This document shows positions 12,446-24,960 of a DNA stretch of 64,000 bases, in pieces (positions within the stretch are counted from its first letter, which is position 1; every line of letters begins with the position of its first letter). A program made the translations under genes and the position numbers. The notes beneath the pieces were generated by a model. It ran no database searches and was not told the origin of the DNA. It saw only the letters and a program-made list of their open reading frames with translations. Source of the stretch: Scyliorhinus canicula (taxonomy: Eukaryota); the NCBI RefSeq assembly GCF_902713615.1, contig NW_024056007.1, forward strand, positions 1-64,000, given 5' to 3'.

Positions 12446-12729
12446 CGATAGGTTTACTTTTTTCCTGAATTTCTTGTTTGGACTGACAAAGATGGCTTTT
12501 GTAACTTTCATTTTCAGGGTATTAGAAAAGGATTTGCAGACAGGAAACACAAGCGAACCCTGACATCAAACTCCTACAGCATCACTCAATTCATCAGGAC
12601 CTGGGTATTATTGCACTTTCAGTGTAAGCATTGAGTTCCAAGTCATTACCATTCACTGTAAAATTTCTGCCTCATATCACCTCCAAATCTTGCTCCAAAT
12701 CTTAAATCTGTGTCCTGAAATCCTTTTGC

Positions 12730-12940
12730 AATCAGCTGGAAGGAGCAGCGTTTCTTTAACTACTTTACCGAGATCAATCAGAAACTTGTACCTAAATCAA
12801 TCTCCTTTCTTCCAAGGAGAACAACCGCAGTTTCTCCAACCTAACATTGCAACTAAAATCCCTCATTCCTGGAACTATTCTGGTAAGTCTCCCCTGCACT
12901 CTCTCAAGGACCGTCACATCCTCCATAATATGTGGTTTGC
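12730..12940 (-). mobile_element. CR1 fragment
   Basis: LERVQGRLTRIVPGMRDFS..RLEKLRLFSLEERRL. Confidence 0.75.
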
Positions 12941-13479
12941 ACAGATCCAGATGTTCTGTCTTCCTGTCTGTGATGTCATCACGCACCGACACTTGCACGG
13001 TGACATCACCCCCTGATATTTCCTCAACTAGGAACCTTTTCCTCCGACTCCAGAGTTGCTGATATCTATCCAGCTGCAGGCTACAGTGGGACATTTTAAT
13101 ATTGAAAACAATGAAACTGCTTCACAGCTCAGTATTTCTGAGCATTTATCAACAATTTTGAGCTTTTAGTGCTCTGCTGTGTTACCTGTGAGGGATTCCA
13201 TGTCTCTGGAGCTGGTGTGACTCTCAAAAAAAATGCAAAACGCCCGTGGAGGGTGAGGGCTACCAGCTATTGACATATAAAATCCCTTCTTTCTCTCTCT
13301 CGCTCGCTCCCTCCCTCCCTCAGAAAACTCAACCAAGATTCACTTCAAAATCTGACAGTCACTCAGTTCATGAGGACCTGAATGTAAATGTTTCTGTTTG
13401 ACCTGTGGTTAAAGATTTAAACATCTGTGCAGCTGAAAATAGGATAGAGCAAGATTTGCAAACAAGGATGGGAATGTTC

Positions 13480-13700
13480 CATTGAGATACTGCTTAACCA
13501 GGGCCCAATGTAGGTCAATGAGCACAGGGGTGATGGGTAAATGAGTGGGACTCAACTTTGGCAGATTCCCTTCCCTGAAGGACATTCGTGAACCAGTTGG
13601 GTTTTTACAACAATCCAGCAGTTTTCGTGGTCACTTTTTCTTAGTGCCGGCCCCACAAATGACCAGATTCATTCAGCTCAATTTCACAACTTGCCTTTGT
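13480..13700 (-). mobile_element. DeuSINE (SacSINE1-like) fragment
   Basis: Reverse complement resembles ACTGGTTCAC.AATGTCCTTCAGGGAAGGGAATCTGCC, as at 46640-46960. Confidence 0.5.
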
Positions 13701-13857
13701 GTTTTTGTGGTTTCTCTCTCACTCCCTTTATTCTGTTTCAAATCAATTTCACAGGGTGTTAGAAGAGGAGGATTTGCAGTCAGGAAACTTTAATCGAAAA
13801 TGATATCAGAATCTGATGGAGACGGCCAATTTATTGTAACCTAAACATCATCGTAAT

Positions 13858-14565
13858 TTGAACATGGAAGAAAAAAGCACCGATCACAGTGGGGGGAAAC
13901 CGTTGATGTGTTCTGTGTATGGACAAGACTTCAGCCAATCATCTGGCCTTTTGGAACATAATTGCAGTCAGGACAGGGAGATGCCATGGAAATGTGGGGA
14001 CTGTGAGAAGGGATTCAATTACCCATCCCAGCTAGAAACTCATCGACGCAGCCACACTGGGGAGAGGCCATTCACCTGCTCTCAGTGTGGGAAGGGATTT
14101 GCTCACACATCCACTCTGCTGAGACACCAACGACTTCACACTCAGGAGAGGCCATTCACCTGCTCTCAGTGTGGGTTGGAATTCAATCGGTCATCCAACC
14201 TAGCATTACACCAACGGGTTCACACTGGGGAGAAGCCGTTCATCTGCTCCCAGTGTGGGAAGAGATTTGCTCACTCATACACCCTGCGGACACACGAGCG
14301 AGTTCACACTCTGGAGAGGCCGTTCACCTGCTCCCAGTGTGGGAAGGGATTCACTCATTCAGCCAATCTGCTGAGACACCAACGAGTTCACACTGGGGAG
14401 AGACCGTTCACCTGCTCCCAGTGTGGGAAGGGATTCACTCAATCATCCCACCTACTTGCACATCGCTATATTCACACTGGGGAGAGGCCATTCACCTGCT
14501 CCCTGTGTGGGAAGGGATTTAGTCAGTCATCCAACCTGCTGAAACACCAGCGAATTCATAAGTAA
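13858..14565 (+). CDS. C2H2 zinc-finger protein (7 intact fingers plus one degenerate N-terminal finger)
   Basis: 235-aa ORF with canonical fingers and TGERPF linkers; candidate acceptor TTTCACAG at 13747-13754. Confidence 0.92.
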   Translation: MNMEEKSTDHSGGKPLMCSVYGQDFSQSSGLLEHNCSQDREMPWKCGDCEKGFNYPSQLETHRRSHTGERPFTCSQCGKGFAHTSTLLRHQRLHTQERPFTCSQCGLEFNRSSNLALHQRVHTGEKPFICSQCGKRFAHSYTLRTHERVHTLERPFTCSQCGKGFTHSANLLRHQRVHTGERPFTCSQCGKGFTQSSHLLAHRYIHTGERPFTCSLCGKGFSQSSNLLKHQRIHK

Positions 14566-14689
14566 CTTGTGATTGGAATTTGCTGGTGATCATATTCAGG
14601 ACTGAACCATGTCCATCTGAGTCTGTTTCTGCTTAATTAAAAAATAACTCCAGCTCAGTTATAGGTGTTAATATAGTTGGTCTTTGAAA

Positions 14690-15360
14690 GAGAGGATTTG
14701 CAGTTAGGAAGCACAAACCAAACATCATATCAGCATCTAACACTTACCGAATTTATCGGAAACTGAATCAGATTTTGAACATAGCAGGAAAAAGCACCGT
14801 TCACAGTGGAGAGGAACCGCACGTGTCCTGTGTGTGGACAAGGCTTCAGCCAATCATCTAGCCTGCCAGTATATAAATGCAGTCACACTGGGAGAAACCA
14901 TGGAAATGGCGAGACTGTGGGAAGGGATTTGATTACCCATCCAAGTTGAAAATCCATCAGTGCACTCACACTGGGGAGAGACCGTTCACCTGCTCCCAGT
15001 GTGGGAAAGGGCTGACACACTCACAACACTTGCAGCCACACCAACATTTCTCGCTGGAGAGAGGCTGTTCACCTGCTTCCACTGTGAGAAGGGATTTGCA
15101 CATTTCTCCAATCTGCTGAGACATCAGTGAGTTCACACTGGGGAGAGACCATTTAAACATCCAGACTGTGAGGAGTTTTAAAACAATTCTGGGGAACTGA
15201 TGTCCTATCAACATGTACACGCTGTAGAACGGGTTCAGACTATCTTCTCGCCTCACTACAGCTGTGAGTTCACACAGGGGAGAAGCCGTTCACCTGCTCC
15301 GAGTGTGGGAGTGGATTCACTCAGTTATCCAAACTGCTGATGCACCAACAAGTTCAGGGA
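14690..15360 (+). pseudogene. C2H2 ZNF pseudogene (tandem paralog of the 13858 gene)
   Basis: [39 protein letters not shown] followed by frameshifted fingers. Confidence 0.8.
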
Positions 15361-15789
15361 TTGGATTTTTATGGTAATCACATCCTGGACTGAAACATGT
15401 TAATTGGGGTCAATTGCTGCTGATGTTCATGAACTCCAACCCAGTTAGAAGCAATTAAATTCTGAATAAAAATCAAGTCAAACTAGTTTGTGTTAATTAT
15501 AGTGCATTGAGTCTTTTTAATATCGCTGAAACAAGTTAGTTCCTTTTGAAGGGCTCTCCTCTCCGTCTCCTCCATCCTCACTTCCAACAACAAGCGTCAG
15601 GAGCTCGTGGAGTTTGTCACTAAGATTGAGACAATCTGATCATCTGTCGCTGCTATTCCCTCCTTCCACTCGCCCACCGGGCCAGACTGTCTCGGAAGTC
15701 CATTTTTATCCAAGGTCTTTGACTCCATCATCTTTGCAAGTGGACTTGTAATGGTTTTGATAAAGAAAAAAATTACAGGAAGTTTTAAT

Positions 15790-15935
15790 GTCAGAATAAA
15801 GGACAAAAGAGTGTCCAGTTCAGGTTCAAAGATGGGTAATATTAGCATTGAAACATTAACTCTGTTTCTCTCACCACAGATGCTGCCTGACCTGCTGAGA
15901 TTTTCCAGAACTTTCTATTTTGATTTCAGTAAGCT
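15790..15935 (+). mobile_element. Penelope-like terminal repeat fragment
   Basis: GAAACATTAACTCTGTTTCTCTCACCACAGATGCTGCCTGACCTGCTGAGATTTTCCAG; a related copy lies inverted at about 57850-57930. Family assignment is from recall. Confidence 0.45.
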
Positions 15936-16184
15936 TTTAAAATAGCTTAATACACAGGTCAATCATTTTCTCTACAAGGGTTCGAGAGCCTCAGAAGCAT
16001 CCAACTGCATCCATTAAACTCTCAGATTACTACAGCAGATATTCATTGTTCTGGCTCAGCCAGCCTGACTGTGGAATTAATTGGATGGATGTTTCAAAGA
16101 GCCACCTCTGGTATATTAGACCGAATGGTTTCAATCTGTGCTGTATCATTCTATAAAACAATGAATATTCCACAGGAATAGGCT

Positions 16185-16405
16185 CGGGCAGCACGGTGGC
16201 GCAATGGTTAGCACTGCTGCCTCATGGCACCGAGGTCCCAGGTTTGATCCCGGCTCTGGGTCACTGTCCATGTGGAGTTTGAACATTCTCCCTATGTTTG
16301 CATGGATCTTACCCCCACAACCTAAAGATGTGCCAGGTAGGTGGATTGGCCATGGTAAATTGCCCCTTAATTGGAAAAATGAATTGGGTACTCTAAATTC
16401 ATAAA
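16185..16405 (+). mobile_element. V-SINE (HE1-like)
   Basis: GGGCAGCACGGTGGCGCAATGGTTAGCACTGCTGCC head through A-rich tail. Confidence 0.88.
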
Positions 16406-17099
16406 AAAGGAATAGAAGTCGGCCATTCATTTGATTTATTGTCACATGCACTGAAGTACAGTGACAAGTATTTTTCTGCGGCCAATTATTTGTGTTAAAT
16501 ACTGTGTGTTAAGTCTTTTTAATATCTCTAACCTAAGTTCTCCCTCTGCCCTGTTCCTCCACCTTCACCCCTGTGGCTTCTCCTGTGGCTTCTTTGTCAT
16601 TCAGATTGGGCAGGGTTTTCCGGTTCTCCTGTGGCTTCTTTCTCATTCAGATTGGGCAGGGTTTTCCGGTTCTCCTGTGGCTTCCCATTGGCCACAGGCA
16701 GGATCTTCCAGTCCTGTCAAAGTCTACGGCCTTTTGCATGGTTCACCCGTCCTGCCGCATGGGAGCCCGCCGCAAGGCGGTTGGTGAGTCTGGAAGATCC
16801 AACCAGCGGTAAGGGCTGGAAAATTCCACCCATTGAAACAATCGGATTCTGTTGATTCTAATAATCTTTATGACTGTCACAAGCAAGCTTACATTAACAC
16901 TGCAATGAAGTTACTGTGAAAATCCCTGTAAAAATCCTTCACTAAACCACTCAGTAAAATTGCCTATGAAGTCCTTTCTTGCCCAAGTTCTGAACTCACA
17001 TCTTTCCCCTCTTTTCCTGCTGTCTCCCATCATGCTCTCTCAGAGCTCATCTTGTCTGTGAAACTCGCCCATCGCTCCTTTGACCTGATTCTCACTAAC

Positions 17100-17550
17100 C
17101 TGCCGAACAGCCACTTCCACAATCTCCATGCTTCCATGGTGTCTCCATGGAGTCAGTGTCTTCGTGCCTCTCCTCTTTAGACAATCAGTTGAAGCTCGGC
17201 CACACACACAACACATGGATGGTTTCTCCTGGCAGTGAATGGTGTGATCTTTCCTTCAGGCTGTGTAACAGGTTAAAGCTCTTTCCACAGTCAGTTCACT
17301 GGAACACTCTCACTCGGGTGTGTGTCTGTCTCAGTGATTTTCCAGTCACACTGATGTTTGAATATTTTCCCACAAAGGAAACTTTCTCATTCCACATTCA
17401 TAGTCTGAGGATATTCAGATCCTGATTAACCGAATGACACTGTTGGAGCTTGATGTGATATTTGATTTGTGTTTCCAGTCTGAAAGTCCTCTCCTAATGC
17501 CTTGTAACTGAAATTCAGAACAGACAATTCCAGTTTCTGGGCAACATTTT
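17100..17550 (-). pseudogene. 5' remnant of a ZNF coding exon
   Basis: Similar to 2830-3200 (CACAGTCAGTTCACTGGAACACTCTCACTC.GGTGTGTGT) and, inverted, to 4395-4440. Confidence 0.7.
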
Positions 17551-17574
17551 TCCTCCATACGGACAGTGACCCAG

Positions 17575-18281
17575 TCGAAGTAAACGATGAATTCAGCAGG
17601 TATTTCTTCATCGTCTATCAAATCTTCATAAGCCTCTTCGACATCTTCAACGGGGAGGAAAGCTAATGCTGAAAAACATCGAATTTTAAGACAGAATTCA
17701 GAGTCTGTGTTGTATTTTTCTTTGAGGCCTAAATCGGTAATTTTTCGAAACACAGATTGGCTCAAATGAAACAAACATGCCACGACAGATGCATTAAGGA
17801 ATGATGAATTAATTGCCTTGTGAACTGCAGCTTCGAAATCTGCCATGATATCAATCGGATCTGCATCAGGTTGCATAATTTTCAATTGGTCAAAGAATAA
17901 TTCGTATGTCTGCTTCCTTTTATTCGGCAGTAATGCAAAGACCCGTGGTAGACTGCTACCTTTAACTTGTACATGAATGCAGAACAGTTGAAACCACTGT
18001 TGTGGCACAATCTTGAATGTTCTATCACATGCCCAATGACGATATGATGCTAAATCCTGAAGAGCACTTTCTGATGCGAATACTAGTAAGCGCTGTTGAT
18101 CCTCGACGCCCGAATCGAACCTCAGAAACTGCTCGCCATTGTCAAGCTTGCAATATTTGTCAGGTATTTCAAAACCGTGTCTAGCCGCTGGATTAGCGGG
18201 AAATCCAGAATTTTTTTGTCGGCACCTTTGAATAGTCCTTGAGACGACGGGCAACCTTGGGAGTTGAGAGCAGGTATTTTC
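17575..18281 (-). mobile_element. MULE/Mutator transposase fragment
   Basis: HWACDRTFKIVP (DGTF-like), IMADFEAAVHKAI and ACLFHLSQSVFRKI (CxxH) motifs; truncated on both sides. Confidence 0.85.
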
Positions 18282-21200
18282 TTTTTTTTTAAAATAATTT
18301 TTATTGAGAAATTTTGATTTTATACAACATTGACGCACCTTAGTAAAATACCGAAAATAACAATAATATTAACAATCATATACATTCGCCCCATCCCCAT
18401 GAACAACCCAGCATTTTAACAACAACGCAAATTAACACATTATAAAGTTACAGAATAAACACTGCAATAATGCACCCCCCCCCCCCCCCCGCCCCGGGTT
18501 GCTGCTGCTATTGACCCAGTTACCTATCTCTGAGCCAGGAAGTCCAGAAAACGCAGCCATCATTTATAGAACCCTTGTATTGATCCTCTCAGGGCAAATT
18601 TGACCTTTTCCAATTTTATAAATCCCGCCATGTCACTAATCCAGGTCTCCACGCTTGGGGGCCTTGCATCCTTCCATTGTAACAGAATCCTTTGACGGGC
18701 TACTAGGGACGCAAAGGCCAGGACACCGGCCTCTTTCGCCTCCTGCACTCCCGGCTCTCCCGCAACTCCAAAAATCGCGAGTCCCCACCCTGGTTTGACC
18801 CTCGATCCAACCACCCTCGACACCGTCCCCGCCACCCCCTTCCAGAATTCTTCCAGTGCTGGGCATGCCCAGAACATATGGGCGTGGTTCGCAGGACTCC
18901 CCGAACATCTGGTGCACCTGCCCTCACCCCCGAAGAACCTACTCATCCTAGTCCCGGACATGTGGGCCCGGTGCAGCACCTTAAATTGGATGAGACTAAG
19001 CCTCGCACATGAGGAGGAAGAGTTGACTCTCTCCAAGGCCTCCGCCCAAGTCCCGTCCTCTATCTGCTCCCCGAGTTCCTCCTCCCATTTAGCCTTCAGC
19101 TCCTCCACTGACGACTCCTCCACCTCCTGCATTACCTTATAGATGTCCGACACCTTCCCCTCTCCTACCCACACCCCCGAAAGCACTCTGTCCATCGTCC
19201 CCTGCGAGGGCAGCAAAGGGAATCCCTCTACCTGTCGCCTAGCAAACGCCTTTACCTGCAGGTATCTGAACATGTTCCCCTGGGGGAGGCCAAATTTATC
19301 TTCCAGTTCCCCCAGGCCCGCAAACCTCCCGTCAATAAACAGGTCCCTCAATTTGCTGATGCCCGCCCTTTGCCACCCCCTAAATCCCCCATCCGTGTTC
19401 CCCGGGATGAACCGATGGTTACAACCCAGTGGAGCCTCCATCGAGTCCCCTGTTTCCCCCCGATGCCGTCTCCACTGTCCCCAGATTCTTAGGGTCGCCG
19501 CCACCACCTGGCTCGTGCTAAACCTCTTAGGGGAGAGCGGCAACGGTGCCGTTACCATGGCACCCAGGCTCGTACCTCTACATGACGCCATCTCCATTCT
19601 TTCCCACGCCGCCCCTCCCCCCTCCATCACCCATTTACGCACCACTGACACATTGGCTGCCCAATAGTACCCCAGAAGGTTGGGCAGTGCCAGCCCACCT
19701 CCATCCCTTCCTCGCTCCAGGAACACCCTCCTCACTCTCGGAGCCCCATGTGCCCACACAAAACTCAGAATACTGCTAGTCACTCTCCTGAAGAAGGCCC
19801 TGGGGATAAATATGGGCATGCACTGAAAAAGGAACAATAACCTCGGAAGCACTGTCATTTTGACGGACTGCACCCTCCCCGCCAACGACAATGGCAGCAT
19901 GTCCCACCTCCTGAACTCCTCCTCCATCTGATCTACCAGCCTGGTAAAGTTATGCTTGTGGAGAGTCCCCCAGTCCCTGGCCACTTGCACCCCCAGGTAC
20001 CTAAAGCTCTCCCCTGCCCGCCTAAGCGGGAGCCTACCAATTCCTTCCTCCTGGTCTCCAGGGTGCACCACAAACACCTCGCTCTTGCCTAAGTTTAATT
20101 TATAACCTGAGAAGGTCCCAAACTCGGCTAGTAACTCCATCATTCCCGGCATCCCTCCCACCGGGTCCGCCACATACAGTAACAGGTCGTCGGCATACAA
20201 CGACACCCTATGTTCCTCTCCACCTCGCACCAAGCCTCTCCACCTCTCTGAATCTCTCAATGCCATCGCCAGCGGCTCGATTGCCAGTGCAAACAACAAG
20301 GGGGACAAGGGGCAACCCTGCCTGGTCCCTCGGTAAAGCCGGAAGTACTCCGACCTCTTCCTATTCGTAGCCACGCACGCCATCGGGGCCTCATATAACA
20401 GCCTTACCCATCTAATGAACCCTTCACCAAATCCAAACCTCCCCAACACCTCCCATAGGTACCCCCACTCCACTCTATCAAAGGCCTTCTCCGCATCCAG
20501 TGCCACCACTATCTCTGCCTCCCCCTCAATCGCCGGCATCATAATGACATTCAGCAATCTCCGCACATTCGTGTTCAGCTGCCTTCCCTTCACAAAACCT
20601 GTCTGGTCCTCGTGCACAACCCCTGGCACACAGTCCTCTATCCTGGTGGCCAGGATTTTTGCCAGCACCTTAGCGTCCACGTTGAGGAGAGATATGGGCC
20701 TGTATGAACCACACTGCTGGGGGTCCTTGTCCTTCTTTAAAATTAACGAGATCAGCGCCTGTGACATCGTCGGGGGCAAAGTCCCCCCTCCCACGCTTCA
20801 TTGAGTGTTCGCACCAGCAAGGGGCCCACTGATCCACAAACTTTTTATAAAATTCCACCGGGAACCCATCCGGCTCCGGTGCCTTCCCTGACTGCATCTG
20901 CCCGATCCCCTTAACTAGCTCCTCCAGCTCAATCGGCGCACCCAACCCCTCCACCTTCTCCTCCTGCACCTTCGGGAAAGAAAGCCCGTCAAGGAACCTC
21001 TCCATTCCCCTCCTCTCCCCCGTTGGCTCCGACCGGTACAGTTCCCCGTAAAAATCCTTGAAGACCTCATTCACCTCTACCCCTTCCGCACCACATTCCC
21101 ACTCTTATCTCTCACTCCAGCAATCTCCTTAGCCGCATCCCGCTTACGCAGCTGATGAGCCAGCATCCTACTCGCCTTTTCACCATGTTCGTACACTGCC

Positions 21201-24006
21201 CCTTGTGCCTTCCTCCACTGTGCCTCCGCCTTTCTAGTGGTCAGCAAATCAAATTTAGCCTGCAGGCTGCGCCTCTCCCCCAACAGTCCCTCCTCTGGTG
21301 CCTCTGCATACCTCCTGTCCACCTCCAGCATCTTTCCCACCAGTCTATCCCTCTCACTCCTCTCGCTCCTCTCCCTGTGTGCCCGGATGGACATCAGCTC
21401 CCCACGAATTACTGCCTTCAGGGCTTCCCAGACCATCCCCACCTGAACCTCCCCCGTATCATTCACCTCAAGGTACCCCTCAATACTTGCCCGGACCCTC
21501 CTAGACACCTCCTCCTCCGCCAACAACCCCACATCCAACCGCCACAACGGACGTTGGTCTCGCACCTCTCCCATCTCCAACTCTATCCAATGCGGAGCAT
21601 GGTCGGAGATTGCAATGGCCGAATACTCGGCCTCCTCCACTCTCGGAATCAGTCCCCTACTCACCACAAAGAAATCTATCCGAGAGTAGACCCTATGTAC
21701 GTGGGAGAAGAAAGAGTACTCGCGTGCCCTCGGCCTTACAAACCTCCATGGATCCACCCCACCCATCTGGTCCATAAACCCTCTCAGTACCTTGGCCGCC
21801 GCCGGCCTCCTACCCGTCCTAGAGCTGGACCAATCCAGTGAAGGATCCAACACCGTATTAAAGTCCCCCCCCTATGATCAGACCTCCCGCCTCTAGATCC
21901 GGGATCCGTCCCAACATACGCCTCATAAAGCCCGCATCGTCCCAATTTGGGGCATAAACACTAGCCAGTGCCACCTTCTCTCCTTGTAGCCTGCCCCTAA
22001 CCATCACATACCTACCCCCCTTATCCGTCACCACCTCCGATGCCTCAAACAACACATTTTTCCCCACCAGAATCGCCACTCCCCGGTTCCTCACATCCAA
22101 CCCTGAGTGGAAAACCTGCCCCACCCATCCCTTCCTCATGCCGACCTGGTCCGCCACCCTCAGGTGGGTCTCCTGAAGCATTGCCACATCCGCCTTTAGC
22201 CCCTTCAGGTGAGCCAGTACCCTCGACCGCTTCACCGGCCCATTCAACCCTCTCACATTCCAGGTGACCAACCGGATCAGAGGGCGTCCCGCCCCCCTCC
22301 CCCATCGGCTAGCCATAGCCCGTTGACTGCCCGCCCCAGGCCAGCACCCCCTGCTCGACCCCGTCCCCATAGTGACAACCCCTCATCTCTGTCCCCCCAG
22401 CCCCCACCAGCTCCTTCTTGACCCTACCAGCAGCAACCCGGTATTCCCCTTTCCCCCCCTCCCTTCCCCCCCGGCTAGGAACCCTCCCAGCCGCGAACCG
22501 TCCTCCATTGTACTTCCGTGGGTCAGCTAACTTCTGCTGACCCCGGAAACTCCCGCCAATAGCCCGACCCCTCCCGAAGTGGGATCATCCCCCAATCTAT
22601 CCCTCCTCCTGGCACCGCTCCAGCGCGGGGAAGAACCAGTTAAGGCCCCGCCTCCCTCGTCACCATCTCCACCCCCCAGCCCCGCAGCACGGGAAACCAG
22701 AGGAAAGCCCGCGCTTTTGCACTGCCCCACCACACCCTTCTGACGCAGCTCCCAAATATCAGCCCCACTCCATACCCTCACTCCGGCATAGAATACAACA
22801 TACCCCCCCGACCATCCCCTCAAGATACACAACCCAGACAATGTCCCACAGCACAAAAACAAAAACATAGCAGAACAACCTCTCCGTAAATAACCATATC
22901 AAAATTGCAAAAGTACTAAAACAAGAAGAAAACAACAGAAGAAAAAGAGAACACAGCAACAGCAGAATCCAGCACTAATATCTTACAGCCGACCTCGCAA
23001 CCCCCAACCCCTAGTTCAAGTCCAGTTTCTCCGTCCGCACGAAGGCCCTCGCCTCCTCCGGGGAATCGAAATAATGGTGCCGGTCCAAATAAGTTACCCA
23101 CAGGCGCGCGGGCGGCAACATTCCGAACTTTATCTTTTTTCTATAAAGCACCTCTTTCGTCCGATTAAACCCGGACCGCCGCTTAGCCACCTCCGCACTC
23201 CAGTCCTGGTAGATCCGCACTACCCCATTCTCCCAATTGCTGCTCTTCACCTTCTTGGCCCAGCGCAGCACGCACTCCCGATCACTGAACCGGTGGAACC
23301 TCACCAGCACCGCACGCGGGGGTTCATCTTCCTTGGGCCTCCTGGCCAGCACCCTGTGCGCTCCCTCCAGCTCCAAGGGCAAATGGAGAGATCCGGCCCC
23401 CACTAGCGAATTCAGCATTACAGCCACATAGGCTGTCAGGTCCGATCCCTCCAGCCCCTCTGCAAGGCCCAAGATCCGCAGGTTTTCCCACCTCATGCGG
23501 TGTTCCAGCTCCTCAAAGCGTTCCTGCCACTTCTTGTGGAGTGCTTCGTGCCCCTCCACCTTACTCACGAGGACCACGGCCTCCTCCTCTCGTTCAATGG
23601 CCTGCGTCTGCAACTTCTTGATGGCAGCACCCTGGGTGGACTGAATCTCTGACAGCCTTCTGTTCGTTTCCTGCAGAGAGCTCAGTACTTCATCCTTGAA
23701 TTCTTTAAAGCAGCGCAGGAGATCAGTTTGTTGTTCCTGGGCCCAGAGTCTCCATTCCTCTGGAGCTCTGTCGGCGGCCATCTTGGATCCCTTCCCCCGT
23801 TTTTTCTGAGGAGCTGCTGCTGTTTTTTCCCCCTTTCCACTCCGAGTTCGAGTCATGGACTGCAGGGAAAGTCGTTCAGCACACCTTCCCCCACCGGGAG
23901 ACGTCGAAAAATTTCCGTTTTGGGCTCTCAAAAGAGCCGAAAAATCTCTTTAAAACGGGAGCTCCCAAATGTGTGGCTTACTGATCCATCACAGCCACCG
24001 GAAGTC
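18282..24006 (-). mobile_element. Full-length L1-clade LINE (ORF1 23011-23931; ORF2 EN-RT about 22316-18560, broken by frameshifts)
   Basis: ORF1 has RAVLVRFHRFSDRECVL; ORF2 has VTWNVRGLN, SYRPISLLN, LDAEKAFDRV, YADD, HMFWAC. AATAAA and poly(A) at the 3' end; the 5' end begins GACTTCCGGT. Confidence 0.95.
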
Positions 24007-24624
24007 TTTTCCAGTATTGTTATTTCTGACCCCTGCCAGTTAATACATTACATAGCATTTTCCCGATTTTGAGCACAGAAATTCATATTCATTACAATAT
24101 CATATCAGGTGCTGTCTTATTATCCAATAGCATTATCTGTAGTTATTACTCTCATGATCAGTTCTTGTTATCCCTACACTAGCAAATATCTTTGCCTACA
24201 TTACATCAGGTCCTGTCTGTCATTATTGCACTGTTTTTAAAAATTCATTGATGGGAGGTTCTGGCTCGGTAAGTACTGGTTGCCTTTCAGAAGGTTGCAG
24301 TCAACAGCCTTCTTGTATCACTGTAGTCCATGTCCATCAGTCAGTATTTCTGGTTATATTACATCAGGCCCATCTCTGTTTCTGCTACACCACACCCTAA
24401 CTCATTTTACACAAGATTATATAGATTATTAAACCTGCAGTCAGACGAATGAATCCAAAAATGATTAGAGTGGTTGTGGTGGACTTTAGAAACATAGACA
24501 TCACTTTATCAAGTTACAAGTTAAAAACAGTATTACAAAATAATTAGTGAATGTTCTCCCTGTCGAGCAGCAGGTGTTTCAATCCTTTCGATTAACAGGA
24601 ACAATAAATTGGAGAATTGCAGGT

Positions 24625-24960
24625 GTTTTTCATAGAATCAGAAAATCCCTACAGTGCATAAGGTGGCCATTCTGCCATTGAGTCTGCGCTAACCCTCTGA
24701 AAGACCACCCTACTCAGGCCCACTCACCCGTAACCCCATCCAACCGGGAAATCTTCGGACACTAAGGAGCAATTTAGCATGGCCAATCCACCTAACCTGC
24801 ACGCCTTTGGACTGTGGGGTGGAACCGGAGCACCCGGAGAAAACAAACGCAGACACGGGGACCCAGACAGTGCAAACTCGACACAGACAGTCACCCGAAG
24901 TTGGAATGGAATCTGGACCGCTAGCGCCATTGAGGGGTGGACCCACTGTGGCGAAGCGCC
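24625..24960 (-). mobile_element. Diverged V-SINE
   Basis: V core GGCCAATCCACCTAACCTGCAC and CR1-like tail. Confidence 0.8.

Noticed and set aside
16188-16260. SINE heads as tRNA genes
   Set aside because: The tRNA-like A/B boxes continue into V-SINE cores; no complete cloverleaf.
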